A DNA stretch of 64,000 bases from Malacoraja senta (Eukaryota): assembly GCA_038087875.1 (NCBI GenBank), contig CM075998.1, positions 2,668,001 to 2,732,000 of the forward strand. Reading direction: 5' to 3'. Shown one piece after another: positions 12,461-26,509 of this stretch. Every line of letters begins with the position of its first letter. The first letter of the stretch is position 1. The notes under the pieces were generated by a model. That model searched no databases. It was not told the origin of the DNA and saw nothing but the letters and a program-made list of their open reading frames with translations. The position numbers and the translations under genes were made by a program.

Positions 12461-13771
12461 CAACACTAGTCCCACCTGCCTGCATTTGGCCCATATCCCT
12501 CTAAACCTGTCTTATCCATGTACCTGTCTAAATATTTCTTAAACGTTGCGATAGTCCCTGCCTCAACTACCTACTCCAGCGGCAGCTCGTTCCCTTTGTG
12601 TGAAAAAGTTACCCCTCAGGCTCCTATGAAAGCTTTCTCCCCTCACCTTAAACCAATCTCCTCTGGTTCTTGATTCCTCTACTCTGGGCAAGAGACTCTG
12701 CGCGTCTGCCCGATCTCAGCTGATGGATAGCATAAATTTACCCGATAGCAGAATATCAATCAGCGTTTGTCGTCTCGTATTTTTCCAACAGCAGTTTCTC
12801 GATGGAAAAGATCTTCTGCACAAAAGTATTTTATATTTTCAACTGCAGCAACTGTACTTATCCTGAATTTATTCTGGTGTCTGGATGGATATAGCAATGA
12901 TATTTGAAGTCAGAACAAAATGAGATGCAGATATAAGCTATACTGTTTAAACTGGGCAAGCCGATAACTGTAGCTCTGTACATTAACATGCTGTGATATG
13001 AATCCAATTGTGGTAAAGCATCACCATGTCTTGCCTTTACCAGTTGCTCTTATGGTCCATCTCCATTTCACTGGCTGTAATTGAAAATTAAAAAACTGCA
13101 GGTACTAGAGATATTAAATATAAACAGAAAAACTGGAAAGATTAAGCAGGTCAGGCAGCATCTGTGGAAAGAGAACGTTAACTCAGTTTAACGTTCCAGA
13201 GATGCCGCCTGACCTGCTGAGTGTCTCCAGTATTTTCTGCATTTATCTCATTGGCTCCAAAACGCTTTGGACTGTCAGAATCACAACACAGAAACAGGCC
13301 CTTCGGCCCATGCCATATTGGCATATTGGGCAAGTCCCATCTGCCTGCATTTGGCCCATGTCCTTCTGAACCCTTCCTGTCCGTATATCTGTTCAAATGT
13401 CTTTTAAAATTCATACTTATATTCGCTTCTATAGCTTCCTCTGGCAGCTCGTTCCAGATACGGACTACGCTCCGAGTGAAAAAGTTTCACCTGAGATCCC
13501 TCTAAAATCTTTCCCTTCTCACCTTAAACCAATGCGCTCCAGTTTTAGAATCAAATCGCCTAAGGAAATGACTGTGAGGATTCACTTTATCTGTCCCCTC
13601 CCCCATGATCTTGTACTACTCAATAAGGACACCCTTCAGCCTTCAATGCTCAGCCAATCCAACATCTCCCTATAATTCAAACATTGGCAACATCCTGGTC
13701 AATCTCTTCTGCACCCTTACCAACTTAATGACTCCCTGAAAGGGATGCGAAAGGCACTATAGATATGCTCT

Positions 13772-14139
13772 GCTTTAAAAGGACTGGACAAGCTAGATGC
13801 AGGAAAAATGTTCCCAATGTTGGGCGAGTCCAGAACCAGGGGCCACAGTCTTAGAATAAAGGGGAGGTCATTTAAGACTGAGGTGAGAAAAAAAAATTTC
13901 ACCCAGAGAGTTGTGAATTTATGGAATTCCCTGCCACAGAGGGCAGTGGAGGCCAAATCACTGGATGGATTTAAGAGAGAGTTAGATGGAGCTCTAGGGG
14001 CTAGTGGAGTCAAGGGATATGGGGAGAAGGCAGGCACGGGTTATTGATAGGGGACGATCAGCCATGATCACAATGAATGGCGGTGCTGGCTCAAAGGTCC
14101 GAATGGCCTCCTCCTGCACCTATTTTCTATGTTTCTATG
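13772..14139 (+). mobile_element. CR1-clade LINE 3' fragment, (TTTCTATG)n tail
   Basis: MFPMLGESRTRGHSLRIKGRSFKTEVRK...QRVVNLWNSLP. Confidence 0.9.
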
Positions 14140-14863
14140 CTTTCTTCCAAATGACCGATGATGCTCAAGTCCCAATATCAGTTCAGATCACAAGGAGGTA
14201 CTACTGCCACAAGCCTGGTTTGTGATAGCTCATGGTAAGATTCTGGACAGTACAATCATATGGTTAAACTCAAGTCCTTTTAAATTAGCTGGTTTATATG
14301 AAGTCACATTAACCAGTTGGTTCATGGTGAGCCAACAGACATTTTCACGCACAAATGAAAATTGCAGAAGTGGTGTCCAGATGTGCTTTGCATGAATTGG
14401 ATCCCATTGGCATGTCAGAGTTCCTCCATATGTATCTAGACCAAGAAGGAAAATTACGGATTCACAATCCCACACGATGAGAGCCCGATTTTCCATTACT
14501 GTCCATTTAAAACTTTATAGGATTTGAATTGAATAGAATACAAAAATGTAGCACTTATGCAATCCAATTTCAGGGCACATCTAAAGCTTGACTTGCATTT
14601 GTGACAAGTCTTCCACAGCTGACCTTTAGACTCTGTTTTGTTCAAGGATAGGCACAAAGTGCTGGAGTAACTCAGCGGCTCAGGCAGCATCTCTGGATAG
14701 GTGACGTCTTGGGTTGGGACCCTTCTTCGGACTGATTGTGGGGGGAAGAGTGGAGAAAGACTGGGAGCGAGAAATTAAAAAGGACAAATCAGTGCAAGCA
14801 ACACATTACCTCAGGCAACGAGGCTCCCTGACAGGCCAATCAATAAATCCAGGACGATAACAT

Positions 14864-15074
14864 TACAAAAACTCTTCAGGATATGAAGTGCTGGAGTAAC
14901 TCAGCGGATCAGGCAGCATCTCTGGAGAACATGGTTAGGTGACATTCCCAGCACAAAACATCACCTGTCCATGTTCGCCAGAGATGCTGCCTGATCCGCT
15001 GAGTTACTCCAGCACTTTGTGTCCTTTTGTGTAAACCAGCATCTGCAGTTCCTTGTTTCTACAAAAACTCTTCA
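14864..15074 (+). mobile_element. Penelope terminal-repeat fold-back element with 15-bp TSD
   Basis: Inverted arms; TSD tacaaaaactcttca at 14864-14878 and 15060-15074. Confidence 0.8.
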
Positions 15075-15550
15075 TAAATTCTCAATGTCTCAGAATACAT
15101 TTATCAGTACCAGCTTCCCACACGTCCCAGTAACCTATTCTTTCCCACCATCCACCTCCCCTGATTTTCACACCACCCATTTACAGTGTGGGTAGTTCAC
15201 AGCAGCTGATTTACCTACCAGCATATCTTTGGGATTGGGGAGGAAATCAGAGCACCCAGGGGAATCCCACATGGTTCACGGGAATTACGTGCAAACCTCA
15301 CACAGACAGCACCCGAGGTCAGGATCGAACCTGGATCTCTGGCTATTAGGCAAGCTACTGCTGATATTTTTAAATTAAAGTTATTTGTTTGCAGGATAAG
15401 ATGCAAATTTGCATCATTGGTATTCATTTTCCATGTATAATTGTCCCTGGATGGAATGGCTTTGATGCCGAATACTGCAGTTTTTGCATTGAAACCCATG
15501 GCAAAATGAAATCTTCTTCGGTGAGTGAAGATTTTGATGAACGCTCACTC

Positions 15551-15564
15551 CCACTAGGTGGCGG
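15551..15564 (+). promoter_or_regulatory. CTCF core motif match
   Basis: CCACTAGGTGGCGG fits CCASYAGRKGGCRS at all positions, in unique sequence. Confidence 0.45.
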
Positions 15565-18020
15565 TAGTGGGCCAGTGTGATGGCACCCAACACAGACGGA
15601 GGGAAGATGCGTTGGCGTGCACCCATGATCCTCCATGTGCCACCGTGCCAATCGGAATGGACGGCAATTTTGGGCAGAGAGACACCTTTGGTCTAATTCA
15701 TACACATCTCAGCCACGGAGCTGAGCGTACAACTAACAAAAGTATGAGATAAGGTTGAAACAGAGGCACAATAGACTGCAGGTGCTGGAATTTAGGAGCA
15801 AAAACCAAACTGTTGGACAAACCCGGTGGGTCAAGCAGCATCTGTGGAGGCTGGTCAACGGTTGCCGAGACCCTGCATCAGGGTCAGGATACTTTCAGAA
15901 TATAAGGAATAGTGGCAGGATAAAGCCAGTACGCCCTTTAAACCTGCCCCATGTGTCAAGCATCAAGAGTATTTAATTGTCACATACACCAGGACTGGAA
16001 CAGTGCAATGCTTACTTGCTACAACTTTACAGGCACGTTAAAAATAACAGCACAACAAATAAATATTCGATAAATTATCACTTATTCCAGATGGTCGCAA
16101 TAAAATTGCGGCTAATCAGGCCCACTTCCATGCCCAATTCTCATACTTTCTTGTTCCCTCAAAAATCAGTGGCTTTCAGCTTTCAACATACTCAATCACT
16201 GGCACTGGCCAAGTAGGACGAAGAGATTCCAAGAACATCCACTGAATTCAGTTTGAACACACCTTGCTGAAGCACAGAATTCCAATGCACCAAACTATGG
16301 CTCAATGACTCATGCAGAGTTCAGTGTCAACCCAAGAATGTTGCTTGAAACATATGTTCTTTATGCTTAACACAGACTGAACACAGGCTCCCCATTGCCA
16401 ACTTCTATCCAGAAACAGCAGCACAGTTCAAAAGTCTAATCACTTTTGTGTAAAGTATGTTTTTGTTGAGTATCTTATATTAGTTTAGATTAGATTGAAT
16501 TGATGAATGATTATATTGGCCTCTGGTACAAAGAATTGCAAGCTGGCTACCTATATATCTGCAGTTTTCAAAGAAATCCCATCCAAGCAGAATTTTGATC
16601 AAGGATAAAATGCGTTGGCAAGTTGTGTGCATTTATCAGGTTTCAATTGTAAAGGTGAAGAAAGATGATTTAGGTGTATTTTATGTGTACTGGGGTACAG
16701 TAAAAAGCTTTAGTTTGCATGCTATCTAATCAAATCAGATAATATTATACCTGAATACAATCAAACCTAAGTCACATGCAAAAGGTAGATCAAAGAGAAA
16801 GATACAGTGCAGAATTTAGTTATAAGCTTTATTTATAATTTTATAAGCATTATTTCTTTCTGAAATGGTGAGTAGCTTAAACAACGTGAACATTTAAAAA
16901 ATATGTTTTAAGCATAAGTCATATCTGTACGGTGCTTTACCTAACTGTCCTGTACTGCATATCCCAATCTGCTCTGCGGCCCACTGGTCTAACCAATGCC
17001 CTGCCAACTGTGGCAAAACGTTTATAATAAGTTGCGCTACAATTCTGAGAACTACATTCTGCACTCCATATCGTCCCCTTTGCCTGAATTTGGCTTGATT
17101 ATATTTACGTGTCGTATATGCCTAATCTGTTTGGGTAACATTGCAAAACATAGTTTTCACTGTACCTCAGTACACATGACAATAATGAACCTAAACCACC
17201 TCCTAACCTCCAGAAGTCCAACCTGCCCAGGCATCCATAAGACAAGCTCTCTCAGTGAACCTTCTTTGAACTCCCCCCCCCCACAAAACAATGACATCTC
17301 TCCTTCCCAAAACAGTCCTCTGTGCTGCTTTCGGTTCTGGTCACAGGTTCCAGCTTCACCTCCTTCATGGGTAGCTCAACAGACTAGAGGTATTCAACGA
17401 GCATCAATCACCATGGTTGCCCTTGGCTTGGTGACTCGGCTGTCTGCATATCCCACGAGGATCACAGCTACCTGGGCCTCATGGGTTTCACCACAGGCAG
17501 AGCAGAGGGCGGCCTGTATTTGTTTTCTTACTATTCCATTTAAAATATATATATATATCATTAATAACAAACTGAAATCTCCTCCCCATATGCTTCTTAG
17601 TTCAAAAGACACACCAGCAGATTGAATGTAATGGCTCATTAGCAGGTCAGTATTGCATTCCATTATATGTTAGATGGTGCTGGACTAGAGGTGAAATTAG
17701 CTAGCATTCTGTACCAAAAATTGCAGTTTTTCCTTTTTTTTGCACAATCCGCAAGCATTGCCGCTTTTCATCTCACTGCACATCTCGTATGCGTATGTGT
17801 CGAATAAACTTGAGTTGACTTGACATTCTGCATTTCCTCATGGAAGACTTTCAATACAAGCCTGTTTCTTTCTCCAACTCCACTCCAAAGCCAAATAGAC
17901 TCCCCCAGCAAATGAATCACACAGGAATTCAAGGAAAGCATAATTTCCAAGTGGTCATTCTACTTCCCAAGGTGCCATTGTACCACCTTCCCCCTCTCCC
18001 CCCCTTTCCCCAAACCATCC

Positions 18021-18312
18021 CAGTGGAGCGGCTGCAAGAGTCTTTCCCTCACAGCGCCAGAGAACCCGGATCAAATACTGACCTTGGGTGTTATCTGCGT
18101 TGAGTTTGCACGTTCTGGATTTCTGCGTGAGACCGTGTGGGTTTCCTCCGGGTGCTCCGGTTTCCTCCCACATCGCAAAAACGTGCGATTCAATGGGTTA
18201 ATTGGCCACTGTCAATCACCCCTGGAGTGCACGGTAGAATGTGGGGAAGGGAGCAGTTGGTGGTAAAAATGGAGAGAATAAAATGGAGGTAAATGGGTGC
18301 TTGATGGTGGCT
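18021..18312 (+). mobile_element. HE1-type V-SINE
   Basis: Head plus V-domain GTGTGGGTTTCCTCCGGGTGCTCCGGTTTCCTCCCACATC. Confidence 0.75.
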
Positions 18313-19059
18313 TCCTCCTTCTCCCGTTACTTATGTCAAACGGTGAACTGTGGTTAAATTGTGCATAAATCGAACAATTTAAAAAAACAACTTGCATATT
18401 AATTTCCTTGCAATTTTCCTTTGCAAAACCACAAGTGTTGGTGAATCATCAAATTCTTATGGCAGAGAAGGAAGCTACTTAGCCCATCGAGTCATGGCAT
18501 CCCTTTGGAGAACAATCCAATCAGTCTCATTCCCCTGGCTCTTTTCTCATAACCCTGAAAATTATTTGCCACTAAGCTTTATCCAAATCATTTGAAAAAT
18601 CATCAGGAAAAGCCTTGATTGACTGTTTCCACTATCTTTACAGGCAGTAATATCCAGCATATAACCATGCTCTGGTTACTGGTGCAAGCACTGAGATGGG
18701 ACAGGACTGAAACACCGGTTGCTGAAGCTTTCTATCCTAAAGGAAAGTTCCAATGCTACAATTGAACAGCTTGTTTGACAGGTTGCCCCCAATGATGTCG
18801 AAACTGTATAACAATAATATTATAACATTTACCAGGGGTAAAAAGTACAAATTCAGTACCGTTATTATTGACAAACTGAGTATTTTTGAAGGATATTGGG
18901 TCCTTTCTCAGGAATGAAATGGGTGTGCTTATACGGTAATACCATGCAATTAGTCGAGGCTACTTCAAGCAAAATTAAATCCAAATAGTAATGACGTAGG
19001 TGAACATATTAAGGATTTGAAGTAGATGCTGCGGTTTTGTGTTCTAAGAAGGAACAAGC

Positions 19060-19350
19060 AAAATGTGTCTGCCCCGAGGCTACAGCATGGAAGATGGTGA
19101 GGAGAATTGATGTCGGCTCTGGTTTCACCCTGGGCAGCTGAATAACAGCACTCTGTACTAACTGGGCAGTTCCCACTGAGACATATCAAGTGCTGCTGGA
19201 AGACCACCAGAGGCCCAAGAGGTTCCTGCGGTCTGCCCAGAACCTGCTGCTCTTCCAGCTAACACAAAGGTTTGTGGACTGCCTGACCACAAACTTGGTG
19301 TCTCAAGAGAGTTGGGTTCCTCTCCCTGGCCCCTGCACATTTCAGCCTTC
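19060..19350 (+). mobile_element. Degenerate L1/Tx1-like LINE C-terminal fragment
   Basis: Frameshifted remnants TET..KCCWKT..LRSAQNLLLFQ resembling Tx1-type ORF2 ends. Confidence 0.35.
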
Positions 19351-19474
19351 AGTCCCCAAGAGGACACTGACTGCATTGAAATGGCGAAGTCTTGTCTCAC
19401 TCGAACACAATGGAGCATGTCAGCATCGTAGTTAAGAATGCCGGACCGACATCCAGAGGTTGGGTTTGTTGGCG

Positions 19475-19775
19475 GAATGGTTAAGAAACTGGATTTGTAA
19501 CCAACATCCTGGATCACTGATCCGAGGACATGAGTCGAAATTCCATCATCGCAGCTGGGGAAGTTAAATTCATGTAATTAAATAAATGTGGATTTATGAA
19601 CAAAATCTAGTCTCTGAAATTGTAAACATTGTAAAAGCCCATCTGGTTTACTCATGGCCTCTGGCCCGTATGGAACTCCAGATCACCGTCATGGTTGACT
19701 CTTTGTTGCCTGCTGTGTTTGGGGGTAATTAGAAATGGACAATCATTGCCAACACATCACGTGAAGATAGAAAGC
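19475..19775 (+). mobile_element. Old tRNA-type SINE (second partial copy at about 19845-19975, continuing after 20508)
   Basis: Shared block ttgtaaaa(g/a)cccatctgg(t/c)t(t/c)act in both copies; same tail at about 39930-40000. Confidence 0.45.
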
Positions 19776-19985
19776 CTCACAAGCCAAAACCCGACCCTAC
19801 CTGGGATAATTAAACTCCAACTATTACATAAGTGAGTATGGTGCAATGGTGAACTGGAAATTACTAGATTGTGGTAAAAAAAATACCATCTGGCTCACTT
19901 ATGTTCATGTTCATTAATCACAGTCAGGGAAGGAATCTTGCTGTTTTTACCGAGCCTGGATGTGACTCCCGAGTCTTAACCATTC

Positions 19986-20508
19986 TTTTGGTCCCCTAAT
20001 TTGAGGAAGGACATTCTTGCTATTGAGGGAGTGCAGCGTAGGTTTACAAGGTTAATTCTCGGGATGGCGGGACTGTCATATGCTGAGAGAATGGAGCGGC
20101 TGGGCTTGTACACTCTGGAGTTTAGAATGATGAGAGGGTATCTTATTGAAACATATAAGATTATTAAGGGTTTGGACACACTAGAGGCAGGAAACATGTT
20201 CCCGATGTTGGGGGAGTCCAGAACCAGGGGCCACAGTTTAAGAATAAGGGGTAAGCCATTTAGAACGGAGACGAGGAAACACTTTTTCTCACAGAGAGTT
20301 GTGAGTCTGTGGAATTCTCTGCCTCAGAGGGCGGTGGAGGCCGGTTCTCTGGATACTTTCAAGAGAGAGCTAGATAGGGCTCTTAAAGATAGCGGAGTCA
20401 GGGGATATGGGGAGAAGGCAGGATGATCAGCCATGATCACATTGAATGGCGGTGCTGGCTCGAAGGGCCGAATGGCCTAGTCCTACACCTATTGTCTATT
20501 GTCTATTG
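19986..20508 (+). mobile_element. CR1-clade LINE 3' fragment (young family, (CTATTGT)n tail)
   Basis: ORF2 C-terminus FWSPNLRKDILAIEGVQRRFTRLI...RTRGHSLRI...FFSQRVVSLWNSLP, typical of CR1. Confidence 0.9.
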
Positions 20509-20802
20509 AAATGGTCTGGTAAAACCGGTCAGTTCAAAGGGGTAAATTATGAGCCTATATCCTGTACATGAACAAATAAATAAAACTAACTGGTCTTTGG
20601 TGTATGAAAACAAAGAGGACTGAACTCCCACCTGATTAGATATCTTCACTGGAACCCTTGAGTTCCCCTCTTTTGAGTACATGTTTTTTTCCCCAATACC
20701 CAAGGTGAGGGGCATGTGGCTACTTGTCAACTCAGTGAGAGTAATGTTGTGGACAAATAAAATGAGCATTAATGCCTTGGTTGGTTCCAGAGCTAAACAA
20801 GT

Positions 20803-21230
20803 TATAGCAGTAGAATTAGGCCATTCGGTCCATTCAATCATGGCTGATCTCTGCCTCCTAATCCTATTTTCCTGCCTTCTCCCCATAACCCTTGATACTC
20901 GTTCTAATCAAGAATTTGTCTATCTCAGCATTAAAAATATCCACTGACTTGGCCTCCACAGCCCTCTGTGGCAATGAGTTCCACAGATTAACTACCCTCT
21001 GATCTCATCCTTACCTCCTTTCTAAAAGAGGGCCCCTTAATTCTGAGGCTATGACCTCTGATCCTAGACTCTCCAACCAGTGGAAATATCCTTTCCACAT
21101 CCACTCTATCTATGCCTTTCACTATTCTGTAAGTTTCAATGAGGTCCACCTTCAACCTTCAAAACTCCAGCGAGTAGAGGCCCAGTGTTGTCAAACGCTC
21201 ATCGTATGCTAACCCACTCATTCCTGGAAT
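20803..21230 (-). mobile_element. CR1-clade LINE 3' fragment
   Basis: Reverse complement of the CR1 ORF2 end and 3' tail. Confidence 0.75.
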
Positions 21231-21442
21231 GTTTAATGTCTTTCTAACCAAAGTTCACCTGGTTAGTCTCCCAGCTCGGACCTTCCGTAAACAAGCTCAC
21301 CCAAAACTTGGAGACACAAAAGACTACAGATGCTGGAATCTTGAGATGGCCCTGACCAGAAATGTCATCTGTCCATTTCCCTCCACAGATGTTGCCTGAC
21401 CTGCTGAATTCCTCCACCGGTTTGTTTTATTGCTTACCCAAA

Positions 21443-21940
21443 ACTTTGTGGCTTGCCTCCGAGTACACGCCAAGTCCCATTCACCCACCACTCCACTGCT
21501 TGCTGATCTAATCTGGCTACCAATACACAATATCTCCATCTTAAAATTCTCATCCTGGTGTTCAATCCCTCATGTCCTCTCACCTTCGTCCTGTTGCCTC
21601 CACTAACCCTCCAAGATTTCAGTCCTCCAATCCTGACCTCATAACCATCTCTTAAAATAACTGCTCCAAGACTGGAAGCCATGCCTTGGAAGTTGAGAAA
21701 TTTCCTCCTTAAATATCTCTCTTCCACGCTCCCTTCCACACTCCCTCCCTCGCTCTCTCCCTCCCTCTCTCTCCTCTCTTAAAACATTTCCTAAAACCTG
21801 TCGCTTTGATCAAACTATTAGTCACCTGCCCTGATCTCGCTTTGGATGGATCATGGTCAATTTTTCTTGGCCACATCTCTGAAGTGCCTCAGGACGTTTC
21901 ACTACATTGAGGGTCACATATAATTGCATCTTCTTATTGC
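21443..21940 (+). mobile_element. Old L2-clade LINE 3' fragment
   Basis: Degenerate block resembling HSPITPLLADL.WL...FKILILVF and an L2-type tail. Confidence 0.5.
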
Positions 21941-24161
21941 CGTGAAGAGGTTACTGTATGAGCTCTCCCGTTTTCCATAAACTTAGAAGCATGGGAACGA
22001 CAGTTTTTGATGTCAACAGACAAACTCTCAGCTCATTTGTCGAGCGTTCCTGTGGCTGCTGTGTTAATACAACAGTTAACCATATATTTTTATGTTCTTT
22101 CCATCATACCACAATCCAAATGCCTCCTCCATTAGCCAATTCTGGGCATTCCTGTGTGTTGGAATTGTCAATGCCTTCAGATATCTTTGCAAATAAAAAC
22201 CAGGCTACATTCTGAAAAGGATAAGACCATTGTGTGGGATACAAGTTTGCAATGTGGTCTCTGTTCCCATTTGTGGTGTCACTCGAGAAGGTTCTATGCT
22301 AGATGTCTGCATTTGATCAATAGCACCCAAGCATAAAGCATGCGGAAAAAACAGACCTAGGAAACACAGTTATCTCCATTATATCATGCAAAATTATGCG
22401 GTAACACAGTTGAGCATCTTCAATCTTGAGTTATGATGTTGGTTACCAACAAGAATGCTGTGTTTAACAACCACAACACTATCAAACATCGCCTCTTGTA
22501 GAAATTGGTGCTGAAGACTAAAACCGTGCAAATCCATTCAAGGTTCTTTTGTCCACCGTGTAATTTAATTACTAAATTATTCACTCAGTTTTTCCTTACT
22601 TATTTTTCAAAACGGTGCTGTTTTTTGTGTCACTGGGCTTCCTGAAAGCATGGAGCTGATTCTGCAGAACATTTGCTCAGACCTCAGAACATTTCTCAGG
22701 AGCTTAGCATTACTCAGCAGGAGAGAGGGCACATCAGATGCATGAGACACTTTACAACTTGCGGAAAATCTGACTTTCAAAAGGGTTTCCAGAACGTAAC
22801 CCTTACCTAGGTCAGAGAGTGTCTTTATTTGGTTTCCAGATTGATGCTTGTGGGCAATAGGGAGACAGACATTCAGTGGAGTCCGGAAAATGACTTCACA
22901 ACCCTTGGACGTTGACCTATCTTTGGCATTGAAACAAAGTGCTCAGCCATTTGGTCTTAAGTGATCAGGCTCTTCCATTTTAATACCAATTGTGGAATAG
23001 CCAAACTTGGCAGATTCATCCAAACCATTGGAGTCTCTGTCGCTGTGCTAACCAGCCACACTTAAAGCCAGATAGATAAAAACAGTGATAGGGAGTAAAT
23101 AAATACCACATGGATTAATCACAACTGCTTGTTTTCTATTCAGCATTAATGGGAGTAAAGTTGTCCATAAAACAAACGTTAATGGACAAGCTTTTGGGCG
23201 CATTTGGTGGGTTTTACTCAGACTCGTACATTATCTCATATCTTCCCCTAAAGTGCACAAATCTCATTGTTGCATTTAAAATGCACGTAAAAATCGAGAA
23301 CCTTTTGTATTTATCTTAGACCTTCTTACAAGATCTCATGATTTATGCTGTATGATTTATAGATCTCCTTGGAACAGACTGAGACGATGATTAATACAGC
23401 CTTAAACTGACCCTGTCCAAACTACATTTCATGTCAGAACGCATAACATTTCAACAAACCAGTCTGCAGCAGATGGGAGCAGTTATTGATGATATTGTTT
23501 TGTTACAGAGCTATTAACCTCACACATGTTGAGTAAACTTGAAGCTAATCATCCTCTGTTTTTTTATTTTCCCGAGTTTGAGTCACAATTGCACTCATTT
23601 CCTGCAAGCTTCTCCTTAGCCCTGAACGTTGGAATTATTGAATTCCAGAGAAATTTCCAAATGAAACTAATTAAAAACAGCACTGCAGTAGGACTCACAG
23701 GAATATCTTTTCCAAAGTCCTGACTTCCTGACACCCACTTCTGCAAGTTTCTCTTTTGTTGCACAGTCACAGAAGGAGCATTATTGTTCTGAAAAGCTTT
23801 GCAACATTTTCTATCAGAAACCACCAGATTAGATTCAGACCGTGATAACAACCCAAATGAATATTAACACAATGAAGTTTCGAAAGAAGTCGTGAGAAGG
23901 ATTGTCCTTGACAGATGGAAATTGTATTTGACATGTGCTACTGGAAGGAAATGCCATGTAAAACCTTCTCAAGGAGAGAATGTTTCTTATCTTATTTTGG
24001 AACCATTTGCTTTTCTGCTCCTCTGTGTTTATGGCCTCTTGCAGCCATGCCATGTACAGTTGGCTGGTTGATAAGGCAGGTGAACCACCTGCTCTAAAGG
24101 TGTTTGCAGGGAGTCCATCATTAATGGGTGTACAGTGTGCCAGAACCTCAATATTATATCA

Positions 24162-24730
24162 TCATAGAGTTATACAGCACGGAAAGAGGTCCGGTGGCCC
24201 AATATGTCCATGCCGACCAAGATGTCTACTTGAGATAGTTCCATCTGTCCGGGTTAGACCCATATTCCTCTAAACCACTCCGATCGATGTATCAGTCTAA
24301 ATATCTTTAAAAACATTGTACTTGTACCCACCTTCACAGCTTCCTCTATTGTTCCATATATCCACCACCCTCTGTGTGGAAAAAAGCTGCTCCTCAGGTC
24401 CCTTTCAATGCTTTCGCCTCTCACTTAAATCTATGCCCTGTAGTTTTAAACTCTACATCGGTAATAAACTGACCATTCACCTTATCTATAAGGTCACCCC
24501 TGAACCTATGCTCCAGGGGAAACAGTCCCCAGCTTATCCTGTCTCTCCTTATAACTCAAGCCCTCCAACCCCAGCAACAACCCGGTGAATCCTTTCTTCA
24601 CCTTTTTTTGTTTAATGATGTATGTCCTATAGCAGGTGCGACCAAAACTACACACAATACTTTAGGTGTGGTTTTTACTATTGACATGTACTGTTGTAAC
24701 ATGATGTCCCAAACCTGAAACTCAATGCCC
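24162..24730 (-). mobile_element. CR1/HER1-type LINE 3' fragment (older)
   Basis: Degenerate reverse complement of the CR1 ORF2 end with the tail shared by HE1-type SINEs. Confidence 0.65.
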
Positions 24731-25715
24731 TATATTTAAGAGGCATTTAGATAGCCACTTAAATACCCAACGTATAGAAGGATACGGACCTAATGTCTGC
24801 AAGTCGGATTAGACGGACAAAATACAAAATGGTTGGCATGGTTGTGGTGGTTTGAAGGGTCAATTTCTGTGCTGGACAATTCTATGGGTGTAATTAAATC
24901 TCCCCTCAATGTCCCCTGTTCCAGTACATTGGATCTTGCCTCATGGCTAAAGATAATTGCATAAAAATGTTCTGTGAAAATTTGGGAAAAATGACCTACT
25001 ACATCATGTACTGACGATTTGTCTCTTGAGCTCCTCTTCCAATCAGGTCCACTGGGTTAATCCTTGATTTCTGAAAATTCCAGGAATCTTGAGCGCTTGG
25101 AAACTCTCTGTGCCAATAATATTGGTCAACCATCAAAAATATAGCCAAAAGTGCATTCTCTGTGGTTGACCATAATTGCGTGTGACCCATTGACCGGCAC
25201 ATAATTAAAATTTGCTTCTCCTGCAGTAATATCAAGTTGCAGTTGATAAACAATTGGCGCAGAGTTGCACAAAAATACAAATTAATCGTGGCTGTGGGGA
25301 GGGGGGTGGGGGGGGGGGTGAGGTGTGGAGGGCGGGGAATCATTTCATGACGCTCATCAGGAGAAGAACTGCAGAAAATACGTTCTGCGGAATAAGATCC
25401 TTCAGTTTACCTGTTGTTTTTGTGCATCTCCTAAAGGCAGCCTTGCTCACGCCATTAACTCCCTTCATCTACCAGAGCCTGTCAATTGCCAATGACACAT
25501 CTCTGGAGGTGATTGATCAGTTGGAATCATACGATAGGAAGGAGGATCGATTTCCTCTCACTTTGTTCATTGCCACACAGTCGATTTGTTTGTGTCATTC
25601 TCTTTACCTTTCACTCAACACTCATTTAACTTTCTGTCTATATTTTTCATTTTCTTCTATCATTTTGTTTTCTTTTTCTTTTGTTCTTCTGACACTTGGT
25701 CTCTGATTTTCATCT

Positions 25716-25870
25716 TTATTTCTTTCTCTCTTTCTCTCTTTCTCTCTTTCTTTTCTTTTTTTCTTTTTTTCTTTCTTCTTCTTTCTTTCTTTCTTTCTTT
25801 CTTTCTTCTTCTTCTTCGATTTGAGAGAGAGAGAGAGAGAGAGAGTCTTTCCTTCTTTCTTTTTCTTTCT

Positions 25871-25903
<33 letters not shown>

Positions 25904-25952
25904 TTTCTTTCTTTTCCTTCTTCTTTCCCTTCTTTCTTCTTTCTTTCTTCTT

Positions 25953-26007
<55 letters not shown>

Positions 26008-26090
26008 TCTTCTTCTTTCTTTCTTTTCTTTTTCTTTCTTTCTTTCTTTCTTTCTTTCTTACTTTCTTTTCTTTCTTTCTTTCTTTCTTT

Positions 26091-26151
<61 letters not shown>

Positions 26152-26192
26152 TTCTTTTCTTTCTCTTCTTTTCTTTCTTTCTTCTTTCTTTC

Positions 26193-26268
<76 letters not shown>

Positions 26269-26321
26269 TTCTTTCTTCTCTTTCTTTCTTTCTTTCTTCT
26301 TCTTTCTTTCTTTCTTTCTTT

Positions 26322-26356
<35 letters not shown>

Positions 26357-26358
26357 CT

Positions 26359-26394
<36 letters not shown>

Positions 26395-26441
26395 TTCTCT
26401 CTTTCTTTCTTTCTGTCTTTCGTCCTCTCTTTCTTTCTTTC

Positions 26442-26509
<68 letters not shown>

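Noticed and set aside
20001..20426. 141-aa ORF (and similar at 35707, 13808, 59185)
   Set aside because: C-terminal pieces of CR1 ORF2 in truncated copies, not host genes.
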